From NCBI GenBank assembly GCA_964473825.1, contig CAYYQL010000010.1, positions 14,692 through 78,691 of the forward strand: a stretch of 64,000 bases of DNA, given 5' to 3'. Positions 8,662 to 18,973 of the stretch are shown one piece after another (positions within the stretch are counted from its first letter, which is position 1; the number at the start of each line of letters is the position of its first letter). Under the pieces are notes generated by a model, which saw nothing but the letters and a program-made list of their open reading frames with translations, was not told the origin of the DNA and did no database searches. This DNA is from an uncultured archaeon. Lineage in GTDB: Archaea > Asgardarchaeota > Thorarchaeia > Thorarchaeales > Thorarchaeaceae. The translations under genes and the position numbers were made by a program.

Positions 8662-9186
8662 CTATACAGTTAGCTGCCAGGCCCTGAGTTTCTGGAACAC
8701 CTGGGCGATGATTTCCGCTCTATAGGTCTGTTTCTCCACTTCTTCACGAGAGAGTTCTCTCACCTGAGCTGCAGGGGCACCACTGTTGAGGCTTCTGGGC
8801 GGGATGACAACATTGGCGGGCACGATACTTCCGGGTGTGAGTAATACCCCTTCTCCTAGCGTGGCACCATCGAACACAACACAGCCCTCTCCGATATTGG
8901 CAGCATCTCCCAGATATACACCATGAAGCACTGAAGCACTACCGATCACAGTCTTGCTACCAATGATGGCGGGGTTATCCTCCTCATGGGCATGGATAAC
9001 AACGCTATCCTGAACACAGGTCTCTTCTCCTATTCTCACCGAAGCATAGTCGCCTCGGATGACAGCTCCAGGCCAGATGCTGGTTCTCTCACCTATTTCC
9101 ACGTCTCCGACAATGGTGGCCTGTGGACTTACGAATGCTGTTGAGTGAATACTTGGGTTCTTATCACCAAAGGGTAGTATGGGCAT
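8662..9186 (-). CDS. Gamma-carbonic-anhydrase-like left-handed beta-helix protein
   Basis: PSIHSTAFVSPQATIVGDVEIG, IRGD, VQDSVVIH, hexapeptide repeats, GAPA. Confidence 0.9.
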   Translation of the reverse strand: MPILPFGDKNPSIHSTAFVSPQATIVGDVEIGERTSIWPGAVIRGDYASVRIGEETCVQDSVVIHAHEEDNPAIIGSKTVIGSASVLHGVYLGDAANIGEGCVVFDGATLGEGVLLTPGSIVPANVVIPPRSLNSGAPAAQVRELSREEVEKQTYRAEIIAQVFQKLRAWQLTV

Positions 9187-9262
9187 TATCTGTTCCTCCG
9201 AGTGGTCTGTTGTCTAGAAGACTGTCTTCTCGGATATAAACCATCATATAATATAGCCCGAG

Positions 9263-9640
9263 CTAGAGAAATTGCTCAATGACGAACTCATAATCTTCGG
9301 GCGCCCTCAAGCCAATGATTCGATCGGTTTCAATCCGCGATTCTTTTGGTCCTGGAATGTCAAACTTGACCCTGTTTCCCTTGTGATATACCAGCACACA
9401 GGGAATTGCAGAGATACGATTGCTGGAAGCAAAATCCCGATGCTCTTGAACGTCAATCTTCAGAAAGGCAATACCATCTCTATCCGAGTACTTCGACTCC
9501 AGCTCTTCCAGTATTGGCCCCAGTGTTCGACACGGTCCGCACCAGGGAGCCCAACAATCTACAATGACCAATTCCTTAGAATCTGCAATTCTTTGAATGT
9601 CGATGGGAGCAGCGTCCTTTACCAAGTCAATCACGCTCAC
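9263..9640 (-). CDS. trxA: Thioredoxin
   Basis: DCWAPWCGPC active site, cis-Pro motif AIP. Confidence 0.9.
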   Translation of the reverse strand: MSVIDLVKDAAPIDIQRIADSKELVIVDCWAPWCGPCRTLGPILEELESKYSDRDGIAFLKIDVQEHRDFASSNRISAIPCVLVYHKGNRVKFDIPGPKESRIETDRIIGLRAPEDYEFVIEQFL

Positions 9641-9741
9641 TGGCGCCAGTATGGTCGACGCCTATGAATGTAACTAGTGTGTCAGCAGAATAAGAAAAGA
9701 GGGAGGGAACGTGGCCCTCCTAGTGTTCCACGTCTGTTCGA

Positions 9742-10107
9742 TTATGCCGTAGATTGAGCAAGCAGGTTCTCAACAAGCTCGCCGTAGACTTCTGGTGGCA
9801 TGACTCCTACGAGCTTGTCTGTCTTCTTTCCGCTTCCATCGTCGAAGACGACTCTCTGCCCATCAGTATAGACCAGAACACTTGGCACGCCTGTTATTCT
9901 ATTCTCGGCGCTAAACTGTCGGTTCTGATCAACATCCAACTTGACTGCCTTGAAGCCCTTTTCAGAGTACTTTTCATGAAGCTCTTCCATAATCGGGGTA
10001 AGCATCTTGCAGGGTTGACACCAGACTGCGTGACAGTCCACAAAGACCACCTTGTTCTCAGCGATTACTTTCTCAAGTTCGTTTGCATTGATTTCTTCTA
10101 CCATCAA
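9742..10107 (-). CDS. trxA: Thioredoxin (tandem paralog)
   Basis: WCQPC active site, GVPSV. Confidence 0.9.
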   Translation of the reverse strand: MMVEEINANELEKVIAENKVVFVDCHAVWCQPCKMLTPIMEELHEKYSEKGFKAVKLDVDQNRQFSAENRITGVPSVLVYTDGQRVVFDDGSGKKTDKLVGVMPPEVYGELVENLLAQSTA

Positions 10108-10226
10108 TCATCATCTCCCGATTCTAACGGGCGGTTGTGTAAATTTTCTGCACACCCGTTAAAAGTATTGTGATGTATCATCATCATTGGGATGGGTCCT
10201 ACTCGGGCGCAAGCCCCTTGTAAACC

Positions 10227-12902
10227 TTGATAAGAACCTCAGAAGACACTTGCTCGATTGATGTGCCAGTACTGCATTGTGCCAAATGTGGCTCAAAGCT
10301 TGATATATTCAAGAGCGGTGGTATATGGACAGTCCTCTGTCCATCGTGCAATGCAGAGATTTCCCTAGACGGCAGAAGAAACGATCTCTTTGATGCCTAC
10401 GATGCGTACACCAAGGCAATCCAGAGTGGGTCTATAGGAACACCTCAATCTGGTGACCAGACTGTGAAAACCGAGGTCTCCACCTCTCAAGCGCCCAGAA
10501 AGAGGCGGGGTAGAAGTTCATCTTCCAAGGTGCAGTCGGTGGACAAGATTCGAGAGCTTGTATCTGAAGAAGGCGTTGGATTCAACGACCTTTCCGAACA
10601 GATCCGGACACTCCTCTCCGCCGGGAGGGACTACCTGGTTGCATACAAGTATTTTCCAACGAGCGAAGCAGAATATGGCGAGGATCTCGAGGAACTCAAG
10701 ATTCCGACACGACTCAAAGAGCATCTACTATCAAAGGGCATTGCGCGGTTGTACAATTTTCAGACTGAAGCCTACAACGCCATCCAGGATGGTGAGGATG
10801 TCGTCATTGCAGCTCCAACTGCCCAAGGTAAGACGGAAGCCTTCATACTCCCAATCATCAGGCTATTGTTGCTCGGTGCTCGGGAGTCTTTTGGAAATCC
10901 TGGCGTCCGAGCGCTCTTGATTTATCCAACAAAAGCTCTGGCAAGAGACCAATATGAGAAGATCCAGAGGATGTGCGAGGAGTCCACTCTCACAGTGGGT
11001 ATCTTCGACGGAGATGTCGGACAGAATGCAAGACGCAAGATCTATGCGCGGCCTCCTGATATCCTCCTGACGAATCCGGATGTACTGCACTATCATCTGG
11101 GATGGAATCGTTCTCGGCTGATACCGATCCTTCGCACAGTACAGTATGTTGTCTTGGATGAGATTCACCTCTATACTGGTTCCATGGGTTCGAATGTCTA
11201 CTATATTCTCAGGCGTCTTGCTCTGGAGTCCGGTGAGTTTCAGAAGATTGGAGCATCTGCTACTGTTTCAAACCCCAAGGAATTTGCTGAACAGGTGTTC
11301 GATTCAGATGTCAGACTGATTGAATCGGACAGCGCCAAGCGAGGTCCAATCCACTTCATGATGTACTATCCTGGTGAGCGAAGCAAGTACAGCATGATTG
11401 TTGATATTGTTGGAATGCTCCAGAGAGGCGGTTTCAAGACTCTTGTCTTCGGTAACACTCACTCAGAGGCCGAAGTACTGAACATGCTCATCAGCGAACA
11501 GGGAATGAGATCCAGGGTCCATAGAGCAGGCCTTCCCAAGAAATACAGAAATGAAGTTGAAGAGCAGTTTCGTTCAGGCGACCTGTCGGTGATTGTATCT
11601 ACACCCACTCTTGAGCTCGGTATTGACATCGGGGACCTTGATAGCGTTGTGAGTATGATTGTATCCATCACTCGCCTGACCCAGAGGATTGGACGTGCAG
11701 GGAGACAGGGCCAAGAGAGTGTTGCTGTTCTTGCCCTCAGAGAGAACGACCCAATCTCTTCTTTCTACAGACACAAACCCGAGAAGTACTTCACGGACAT
11801 CGATGCGGCATACATGGAGTCGGATAACGAAGTTGTGGGGTACTACCAGATCATTGCTGCAGCGATGAGTGGCAAGCTGACAGCTGATACCTTCCCTCGT
11901 CAGCGCAGGATTCTTTCTCGCTTAGAAGACGAGGATATTGTTGAAGTATCGGAGGACGGAGCAGTCACTGTGATTGACCCTCAGAGAGCTCAGCGCGAGT
12001 GGCGGAGCTACTCAATTCGGGGGATAGGTGACACCGTCCAGATCAAGTCCGGAAAGAAGACACTCGGCGAACGAAACATGCCTATGGCCGCCCAGGAGTT
12101 ACACCCGGGCGCAATCTATCTGCACGGGGGCAAGAACTACAAATCGATTGAGTTTGACTACACAAAGGGACTGGGGCGTGCCACCGTTGTTCCTTACCGG
12201 GATCGGTCCATCCACACACGACCCCTGTATAGTACGATGCCACGTATCGTCGAGGTTCATGAGGAACAGGACCTCCTCGGGCTTGGAGTGATATACTGTA
12301 CGCTTGAGATGACTCAGACGGTTGACGGTTATGTGACAAAAGCGACCCGTAGTGGTAGAGTAGTTTCACGCTCCCAGCTTGATTTTCCCCTCGAGTATAG
12401 CTATCTAACTCGCGGCTTTGCCTTCAAATCTCCTGAGCCTGTAAAATCTGTTAACGAATACCTGGGAGGTTCACTCAGTCATCTAGCGGGCGATCGGATG
12501 GGTCCACCGGAGCTATATGGCGGAGCATTTCACGCATTTGAACATGTGTTGATTGAATCCAGCGATATGCTCACTGGGGGTAGCACGCGGGAGATTGGCG
12601 GTGTCTCTATGGGCGATTCGGGAATCATCTTTGTCTATGATGGTAGCCCGGGCGGCAACGGTGCTTCCAAGCTTCTCTATGGTCGCCTCCGGGAGGCCTT
12701 TGAACGTACCGAAACCATATTGGCGAAGTGTGATTGTAAGACCGTGGACGGTTGTCCTCTCTGTACTTATTCATATCAGTGCGGCAACAACAATAAACCG
12801 CTCTTTCGATATGGCGCTCTTGATGCTGTGCGGCAAGTACTGGCTGGAACAGAGACGAGTGTTGATACGAAAGCCTACAGAAGGTATGAACCACTGGTCT
12901 AG
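10227..12902 (+). CDS. SF2 DEAD/DEAH helicase with DUF1998 C-terminus (Hrq1/SftH-like) and N-terminal zinc ribbon
   Basis: APTAQGKT, PTKALARDQ, DEIH, SAT, LELGIDIG, QRIGRAGR, C-terminal CDC...GCPLC...QC; N-terminal CAKC/CPSC. Confidence 0.9.
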   Translation: MIRTSEDTCSIDVPVLHCAKCGSKLDIFKSGGIWTVLCPSCNAEISLDGRRNDLFDAYDAYTKAIQSGSIGTPQSGDQTVKTEVSTSQAPRKRRGRSSSSKVQSVDKIRELVSEEGVGFNDLSEQIRTLLSAGRDYLVAYKYFPTSEAEYGEDLEELKIPTRLKEHLLSKGIARLYNFQTEAYNAIQDGEDVVIAAPTAQGKTEAFILPIIRLLLLGARESFGNPGVRALLIYPTKALARDQYEKIQRMCEESTLTVGIFDGDVGQNARRKIYARPPDILLTNPDVLHYHLGWNRSRLIPILRTVQYVVLDEIHLYTGSMGSNVYYILRRLALESGEFQKIGASATVSNPKEFAEQVFDSDVRLIESDSAKRGPIHFMMYYPGERSKYSMIVDIVGMLQRGGFKTLVFGNTHSEAEVLNMLISEQGMRSRVHRAGLPKKYRNEVEEQFRSGDLSVIVSTPTLELGIDIGDLDSVVSMIVSITRLTQRIGRAGRQGQESVAVLALRENDPISSFYRHKPEKYFTDIDAAYMESDNEVVGYYQIIAAAMSGKLTADTFPRQRRILSRLEDEDIVEVSEDGAVTVIDPQRAQREWRSYSIRGIGDTVQIKSGKKTLGERNMPMAAQELHPGAIYLHGGKNYKSIEFDYTKGLGRATVVPYRDRSIHTRPLYSTMPRIVEVHEEQDLLGLGVIYCTLEMTQTVDGYVTKATRSGRVVSRSQLDFPLEYSYLTRGFAFKSPEPVKSVNEYLGGSLSHLAGDRMGPPELYGGAFHAFEHVLIESSDMLTGGSTREIGGVSMGDSGIIFVYDGSPGGNGASKLLYGRLREAFERTETILAKCDCKTVDGCPLCTYSYQCGNNNKPLFRYGALDAVRQVLAGTETSVDTKAYRRYEPLV

Positions 12903-12914
12903 ATATTGAGGTGA

Positions 12915-14849
12915 TTGAAGATGTTGATGATCGAACGGGGGCACTACGGTCCGGCAAGAATTGGGCACATCGAACTGAATGGAACGAAGATTCCTCTTCC
13001 TGCTCTCCTGCAGCTGGACGAAAAGACCGGTTCAGCTGGTTGTTACAGGTTTCTCGATATTTGGGGCCGAGAGTCACAGGATGCGCGCATCTATTCGCTC
13101 TCTGAGGGATTTTTCACAAAGGTAATTGACATCACTGAGACCGCCCTCTACCTCCTCCCCTCTCTGCCAGGCTCTTCGATCTTGGGTGAGGCTATGGGAC
13201 AGCATATTCTCGAGAGGCAACTGGAAATACTGAGGGACAGCGAGCTTCACCCGGATCCAGAGCGAGCGATTGTTCGCATTCCAAACCGGGTGTCCTCGAG
13301 AGTCCTATCTGAGTCAATATCGGCCTTTGAGAACCTGGGTGTGCGTGCCGCATCGTTTACTTTCGACGGAACATTTGGACCACATGACATGAGGGCAGTC
13401 TACCTTCGAAGGATTCTGCCGCTTAACTGGACCTGCCTAGCTTTGGGCAGAATTGAACCAGCACACATCCCTCTGCTCTACTATCTCGGCTTTGATGTTC
13501 TCGACACGGCATTCTCCCAGCGCGCAGCTGCTACTGATATCCGATTATGGAGGGATGGAATAGAGCGCGTGACAGAGAAACATATTGCTCCGAGGTATTG
13601 TGCCTGCAGTTTCTGCAGAGGTAAGCATCTGACTGAACTGACCAAATCGGTGCGCTACGACACCATCACAGGGCACAACCTTGAGATGTACAGAACCGTA
13701 CTCTCTGAGGCTCGTCACGGGATGGACACAGGGCATCTCAGAGCACTTGTTGAGGCCATGACGCATAGGAGCCCCTCTCTTGCATCAGCGCTACGCAGGG
13801 TTGATGCGGATCTGTACGATTTCATCGAGGAGTTCACACCGACGGCAGGAGATCAAGTCCTACCCTTGATTGGCCCCGAGAGTTACAACGCACCTGCAGT
13901 GCGTCGCTTCCGAGAACGTCTGGCTGAGCGTTACACGCCTCCGACGAGAAAGAAGATTGTCCTCCTCTTGCCCTGTTCAGCCAGGAAGCCCTATTCCGAG
14001 TCACGTTCGCATCATATCTTTGACCGCGCGATTTCGTCAGCAATCGGTGGCGCCCGCCGCGAGGTTGTTGAAACGATACTCACCTCCCCACTAGGTGTTA
14101 TTCCCCGTGAGCTTGAAAGGATATTCCCCGTGGCGAACTACGACATTCCCGTGACCGGTGACTGGGATATGGAAGAGTTGAGGCTATCAGCAGATGCTCT
14201 GGTCAATCACCTATCGAAATTCTCTGACGAAGTTGTGGTCGTGGCTCACGTTTCTGGTGGATACCGTCAGGTAGTTGCAGAGGCTGAGGACAGAGTTCAG
14301 CAGCCAATAATCTACACCGACTCTGCTGACTCTGCAACACGGCGCGATGCTCTGTCTTCATTGGAGGCCACACTCACTGATATGCGCGATGTTATCCCGC
14401 TGGAGGGGGGACCTCCTATGAAACGCGAGGAAGCCCTTCGAGCCACAGCCGATTTCCAGTTCGGCAGAGGAGCAGGCCGATTATTGATACCTGAAGATGC
14501 TGCCCTCCGCGGCAAGCTCTTTCATCTGGTAATCTGTGAACTGGATGGCTCGCAGTTGTGTTCCTTTGTCGGACAGAATGGCCTTCTATCCTTGACCTTG
14601 GAGGGAGGAGCCATTCTGAAGGAGACTGGTCGGTATTGGGTCAGATTCGACGGAAAACGCATCCGGGGTGGTTCTCTGTTTGCTGTTGGCGTATCTGATG
14701 CTGATTCGTCCATTCGGCCGGGTGATGAGGTCGTCGTAATAAACGTCGATGACGAGGTAGTGGGCGTGGGAAAGAGTGAGATGTCTGGTCGTGAGATGTG
14801 TGACTTTCATAACGGGAGAGCCATATCATTGCGGCATACTCTGGAGTGA
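12915..14849 (+). CDS. arcS: Archaeosine synthase alpha subunit (ArcS/TgtA2) with PUA domain
   Basis: TGT-like N-terminus (GPARIG, CACSFC...H), LLLPCSARKPYSESRSH, TSPLGVIPRELE, YDIPVTGDW, C-terminal PUA. Confidence 0.9.
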   Translation: MKMLMIERGHYGPARIGHIELNGTKIPLPALLQLDEKTGSAGCYRFLDIWGRESQDARIYSLSEGFFTKVIDITETALYLLPSLPGSSILGEAMGQHILERQLEILRDSELHPDPERAIVRIPNRVSSRVLSESISAFENLGVRAASFTFDGTFGPHDMRAVYLRRILPLNWTCLALGRIEPAHIPLLYYLGFDVLDTAFSQRAAATDIRLWRDGIERVTEKHIAPRYCACSFCRGKHLTELTKSVRYDTITGHNLEMYRTVLSEARHGMDTGHLRALVEAMTHRSPSLASALRRVDADLYDFIEEFTPTAGDQVLPLIGPESYNAPAVRRFRERLAERYTPPTRKKIVLLLPCSARKPYSESRSHHIFDRAISSAIGGARREVVETILTSPLGVIPRELERIFPVANYDIPVTGDWDMEELRLSADALVNHLSKFSDEVVVVAHVSGGYRQVVAEAEDRVQQPIIYTDSADSATRRDALSSLEATLTDMRDVIPLEGGPPMKREEALRATADFQFGRGAGRLLIPEDAALRGKLFHLVICELDGSQLCSFVGQNGLLSLTLEGGAILKETGRYWVRFDGKRIRGGSLFAVGVSDADSSIRPGDEVVVINVDDEVVGVGKSEMSGREMCDFHNGRAISLRHTLE

Positions 14850-15967
14850 TGATGATGTCAAGAGCACTGGCAGACATTGGACAACTGATTCGGGAGGCAA
14901 ATATACGGGCCAGGAAATCCTCGATATCTCGCAGAAGAACACGTGACCCTACAAGACCGGCTGCAAAATGGGTAGCCTCCGCACCGATCGGGCAGGCGAC
15001 GGGAACTGCTCTCTCTCTAGTTCTCTCGACACATGGTTGTTCATATGCCCTCAGCGAGGCTGGGGGGTGTACCATGTGTAGCTACCTTCTTGACGGCACG
15101 AATAGTGCGGTGTCCTCAGAACATCTCTTGTCACAGTTCGAGAAGGGCATGGACGCATTAGCAGGAGAAACAGGTCCACTCTCGGTGAAGATATACACAA
15201 GTGGCAGTTTTCTTGACGAAAGCGAGGTACCACTAGACGCCAGGAGAGCAATAGTTGAACATCTGGGCAGTGATGACCGTGTCAAAGAAGTGGTCCTTGA
15301 GTCGAGACCTGAGTTTGTTACTGAGAATGCCCTTCAGTTCATCGCTCAGACACTTGAGAACAAGCATATTGAGATTGGGATGGGTCTTGAGAGCAGCAAT
15401 GACCTCGTCAGACAGATATGCATCAACAAGGGTTTCAGCACGGAGGACTTTACGTCGGCGGTGAAGAGGGCACTGGAATTTGGAGTGGGAACCCGAGCAT
15501 ATGTCCTGGTCAAGCCCCCCTTCATGACCGAGCGAGCTGCTCTGGAGGATGCAGTCCAAACGATATCAGATGCGGCAGCTTTGGGGGTCACCACTGTGTC
15601 GATCAACCCTGTCAACATCCAGCGCTTCACACTGGTCGAGCAGCTCTGGCGGAGAGGTGACTATCGTCCACCCTGGCTCTGGACCTTGATTGAGGTACTT
15701 CGCCGGTCTCGAGAGTCACATCCTATCAGTATGAGAATCCTCTGTGATCCTGTAGCTGGGGGTAAGTCGCGTGGCACTCACAACTGCGGGAGATGTGATT
15801 CGACCATCGTCAAGGCAATCCGTGAATACTCCTTGACCCAGGATGCCCAGAGGCTTCCCAACGGAGAATGTGACTGCAAGCGTCTTTGGGAACATACCCT
15901 TCTTCATGAGGGGCCATCGATGTTTGTGCACGAGGATATCGGCCGAGGTCCTCTAGGAAATGCTTAA
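14846..15967 (+). CDS. Archaeosine biosynthesis radical SAM protein RaSEA
   Basis: GCSYALSEAGGCTMCSY, KIYTSGSFLD, ESRPEF, YRPPWLW, RGTHNCGRC; overlaps arcS. Confidence 0.9.
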   Translation: MMMMSRALADIGQLIREANIRARKSSISRRRTRDPTRPAAKWVASAPIGQATGTALSLVLSTHGCSYALSEAGGCTMCSYLLDGTNSAVSSEHLLSQFEKGMDALAGETGPLSVKIYTSGSFLDESEVPLDARRAIVEHLGSDDRVKEVVLESRPEFVTENALQFIAQTLENKHIEIGMGLESSNDLVRQICINKGFSTEDFTSAVKRALEFGVGTRAYVLVKPPFMTERAALEDAVQTISDAAALGVTTVSINPVNIQRFTLVEQLWRRGDYRPPWLWTLIEVLRRSRESHPISMRILCDPVAGGKSRGTHNCGRCDSTIVKAIREYSLTQDAQRLPNGECDCKRLWEHTLLHEGPSMFVHEDIGRGPLGNA

Positions 15968-16019
15968 AGGATTTGTCTGTGCGATGCATCTGTTCAAGAC
16001 AGTGGAGGTCTCTGATTAG

Positions 16020-16364
16020 ATGTCTGTTTATGTTACACGAGTCAGCGTATGGTTCAACAGTGAAGGTGCAGCACCCTCTCTTATCATCCAGAAACTACTG
16101 GAGCTCGGATTCACACCCATTCGCGGTGCCTATGATTTTGTCTACGAGCATTCTGAGGAGGACATGAGTGAGAAGGACATCACCACGGCAATTATCGAGA
16201 TTGCCAATGCACTTCATGCAACGCTTGCTGGGTTCAACGTCCTCTACACGCTGGATACGCATCCGATGGAAGAAGATGAGGACTATATTCCGCTGGAAGA
16301 TATAGATGCGGAGCTGGAAGCCACAAGAAAGGAGCTCCAAGAGCTCGAAAAGGAAGTATCTTAG
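16020..16364 (+). CDS. Conserved archaeal hypothetical protein
   Basis: FNSEGAAPS...LGFTPIRGAYDFVY motif; GGAGGT RBS; acidic tail. Confidence 0.75.
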   Translation: MSVYVTRVSVWFNSEGAAPSLIIQKLLELGFTPIRGAYDFVYEHSEEDMSEKDITTAIIEIANALHATLAGFNVLYTLDTHPMEEDEDYIPLEDIDAELEATRKELQELEKEVS

Positions 16365-16432
16365 TTCTTTAGGGGAAGGTGGGGGGCCGAAGTCCCCATC
16401 ACCAACCTTAGCCAAGTTCGTTGAGCAGTCTG

Positions 16433-18214
16433 CTAGTCAGAGATGACTTTGGGCTCACGTCGCTCGTATTCTCCCTCGCCTCTGACATGGACCCTAAGCT
16501 TCTTCTTATCTCCCGGATTCATTCTTGTCCAGAGCCATGTGATATTGGTACCGTCCTCAACTTGGGCCAGAGCGGGTTCCTCTTCAGGAGGCTCGACCGA
16601 AACAAATTCGAACCCTAGTGGAATCCAGTCCGTGACTTTCACATTCTCGACGGTCACTTCACCTCGATTCTCTACAACAAGAAGCACAGAGTACTCGCCG
16701 GCGCCAGCCCCTTTGTTTATGGCTTTCTTGGTTGATATACGCCGCTTCTTGTAAACAACTCCAATCTTGTGTTTGCCTTTTTCACTGCTGATCTCGGTCA
16801 CAAGCCCTGGAGGATGTATGTTGGCTCCAACTCGAACCGGACTTGGGTAATCCTTTTCGGGGCGGCTCTTCCATGCCATCACAGCATAATTGATCTTCAG
16901 ACTCTTCCCTGGTTCAAGCGCCCCAACAATCTCTTTTAGCCCTTCTATTGTGAAGGTCAGTTTGTGAGGGGTCTCAGGGTCTTGATCATCGGGTTCCATG
17001 ACGAGATTAAATGGCCCATTATACTCCTCACCGCCAATCCAGATTGTGACATGTTCCTTCTTCGGAGGCATGACATCATCAGGCAGATGATCTTCGATGA
17101 CTATCTCATTGATAGGCGCAGTACCTGTGTTCTTAACGTCAATATTGACCTCAATGGGTGTCTTATCGAAACTGCTCACCTCCGGCGGGTCAAAGGTCTT
17201 CGAATACTCAATCTCATAGACAGGAATCTGTTGTGGCTCTTTCATTATTCTGCCAAGCACTCGTTTCTCTATGACTCGCATCGGAGTATAGATGACTTCT
17301 TGGGTGCATTTTGGAGGCGACTTGCTCTCAACCTCGAAGAAAGTTGTCCATTCTAGGCCCGGCTCCATTTCTAGTGCGGGGCTGTCGTCCACCATGAGTT
17401 GTTTTTCTCCTCCCTCTTCAGGGTGGAGAAATATCTGTGCCTTGTCTAGACGAACCATGAGATTGCTCTCGTTGGAGCATTCAAGAGTGACCTTCCAACA
17501 ATTCGGTTCGGTCTCTGCTGTTTCTATTCCTGTCAGAAACTCGGTCAGACCTGTCAAATCTGGATTGAGGGACGATCTCTGTTGCCCTTCAGCGCGATAG
17601 CTGACAACAAGCTCGCCCGCATTCTTCATCTCAGAGTCTTCCACTTCTCCGATGGCTGTAATCGAGAGTCTGGCCTTTTCACCCGGATCAACCTTAATAT
17701 CTTTCCAGAAGACTTGCTTGGTTCCCTCGTCGTACTCCGCGCTTCCTTTCTCTGAGACTTGAACCGTAACCTGACTCAGTTCGTTCGGAATTGTCTTGTT
17801 CACGATTATGTTATCGATGACTCCATTGCTGTTGTTCTTCACTGTAAGAAGAATCTCAACCAGGTTCTTCTTACCGAATGCATACGCCCAGTGTGGGTCT
17901 TCAGTGTGCACTTCCGAACATGTATTGAAAATCTCATTCACCACCAACAGTGGTGCATCTATGTCGACGGCATAGTTGTATTCCCATTCAGCTGCGGCAT
18001 CGATCTCTCCGGCAACAAGGTCTTCATCATCAATGTCTGTTCCGCTCGTTGAATCTGCAAGGTGTACCCTCACGTTCCAGATTCTATTCTTCTCCGAGAC
18101 GTTCTTGACACTGAGGACTGAAGATACCTCCGCCTTTTCCAGTTCATTGAACTGGCCTGTCTGGCACTTCTCGTTCTCTTCGAGGTCGATTACGATTGTC
18201 TTATGACTATTCAA
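16433..18214 (-). CDS. Acidic cytosolic multi-beta-sandwich protein (DUF11-like / adaptin mu-homology-like)
   Basis: 593 aa, no signal peptide or TM; repeated V(K/E)N-G-x-I-x-N/E-I-x-V-x-D-x-(I/L)P...W...PGE units. Confidence 0.65.
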   Translation of the reverse strand: MNSHKTIVIDLEENEKCQTGQFNELEKAEVSSVLSVKNVSEKNRIWNVRVHLADSTSGTDIDDEDLVAGEIDAAAEWEYNYAVDIDAPLLVVNEIFNTCSEVHTEDPHWAYAFGKKNLVEILLTVKNNSNGVIDNIIVNKTIPNELSQVTVQVSEKGSAEYDEGTKQVFWKDIKVDPGEKARLSITAIGEVEDSEMKNAGELVVSYRAEGQQRSSLNPDLTGLTEFLTGIETAETEPNCWKVTLECSNESNLMVRLDKAQIFLHPEEGGEKQLMVDDSPALEMEPGLEWTTFFEVESKSPPKCTQEVIYTPMRVIEKRVLGRIMKEPQQIPVYEIEYSKTFDPPEVSSFDKTPIEVNIDVKNTGTAPINEIVIEDHLPDDVMPPKKEHVTIWIGGEEYNGPFNLVMEPDDQDPETPHKLTFTIEGLKEIVGALEPGKSLKINYAVMAWKSRPEKDYPSPVRVGANIHPPGLVTEISSEKGKHKIGVVYKKRRISTKKAINKGAGAGEYSVLLVVENRGEVTVENVKVTDWIPLGFEFVSVEPPEEEPALAQVEDGTNITWLWTRMNPGDKKKLRVHVRGEGEYERREPKVISD

Positions 18215-18274
18215 CGTGTCCTCACCAACTTGGCTTCTCTAGGCTCTTGGCTACGAATAGGCAACGGAAGGATA

Positions 18275-18973
18275 TTAGCTTACTTCGTATCTGAACTCAT
18301 TCCCTGCGGCCCATTGCGTTTCGATAGTCTGGTTGTCTTCCATCACAAGGGGTGTAACACCCTGTGCGAATTGGTCGAGATATTTCGCAAACTTCTGGGG
18401 CTGGTCATCTGAGACCCATCTCATGGGTATTCCCAGTTTTGGTTTGGCATCGATACAGAGTCCCACTGCATCCTTGACTGGAAAGACACCATCTCCACCG
18501 ATTGGCACAATGATAATGTCAACCTCAAACTGCCCAAACGGCCCTCTAACCTTTGAGTCTCCAAGATAGGCCACTCTCATCTTGCCTATCTCCAGATAGA
18601 GGCCGAGGTTCTCCATGGGTTCTCCTGTTTCAGGATGATCTCTCTTCAGAGAGTAAGGTATCACTCTCAGACCGGGAATCTTGTAGGGCTCCTCTGCTTT
18701 GAGGACATGAAGAAGCCACGGTTTTCCACCCTGCTGCTTCACTACTTCGATTGTGGACTCGTTGCCCAGTATCCATGCCTTAGAGTTTGTTGCCACTTCA
18801 GTTGCGTTCCCCAGGGCATCTATTGCCTCATTAGTCGCGATGATGACCTTAGATTCGGTGTCAACGGGCGTGACGGCCTCTCCCTGCCATATTCCCGGAT
18901 TGAGCAGGACCGACATCTCATCTGATTCTAATCTGAATGATGTTTTTCCTAGATAGGTAATCCTGAGCACCAA
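18275..18973 (-). CDS. Metallo-beta-lactamase fold protein (UPF0173-like) with degenerate metal motif
   Basis: ITYLGKTSFRL, YLGDS, DIIIVPIGG, KPKLGIPM scaffold; THxHxDH replaced by TNEAIDA. Confidence 0.75.
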   Translation of the reverse strand: MVLRITYLGKTSFRLESDEMSVLLNPGIWQGEAVTPVDTESKVIIATNEAIDALGNATEVATNSKAWILGNESTIEVVKQQGGKPWLLHVLKAEEPYKIPGLRVIPYSLKRDHPETGEPMENLGLYLEIGKMRVAYLGDSKVRGPFGQFEVDIIIVPIGGDGVFPVKDAVGLCIDAKPKLGIPMRWVSDDQPQKFAKYLDQFAQGVTPLVMEDNQTIETQWAAGNEFRYEVS

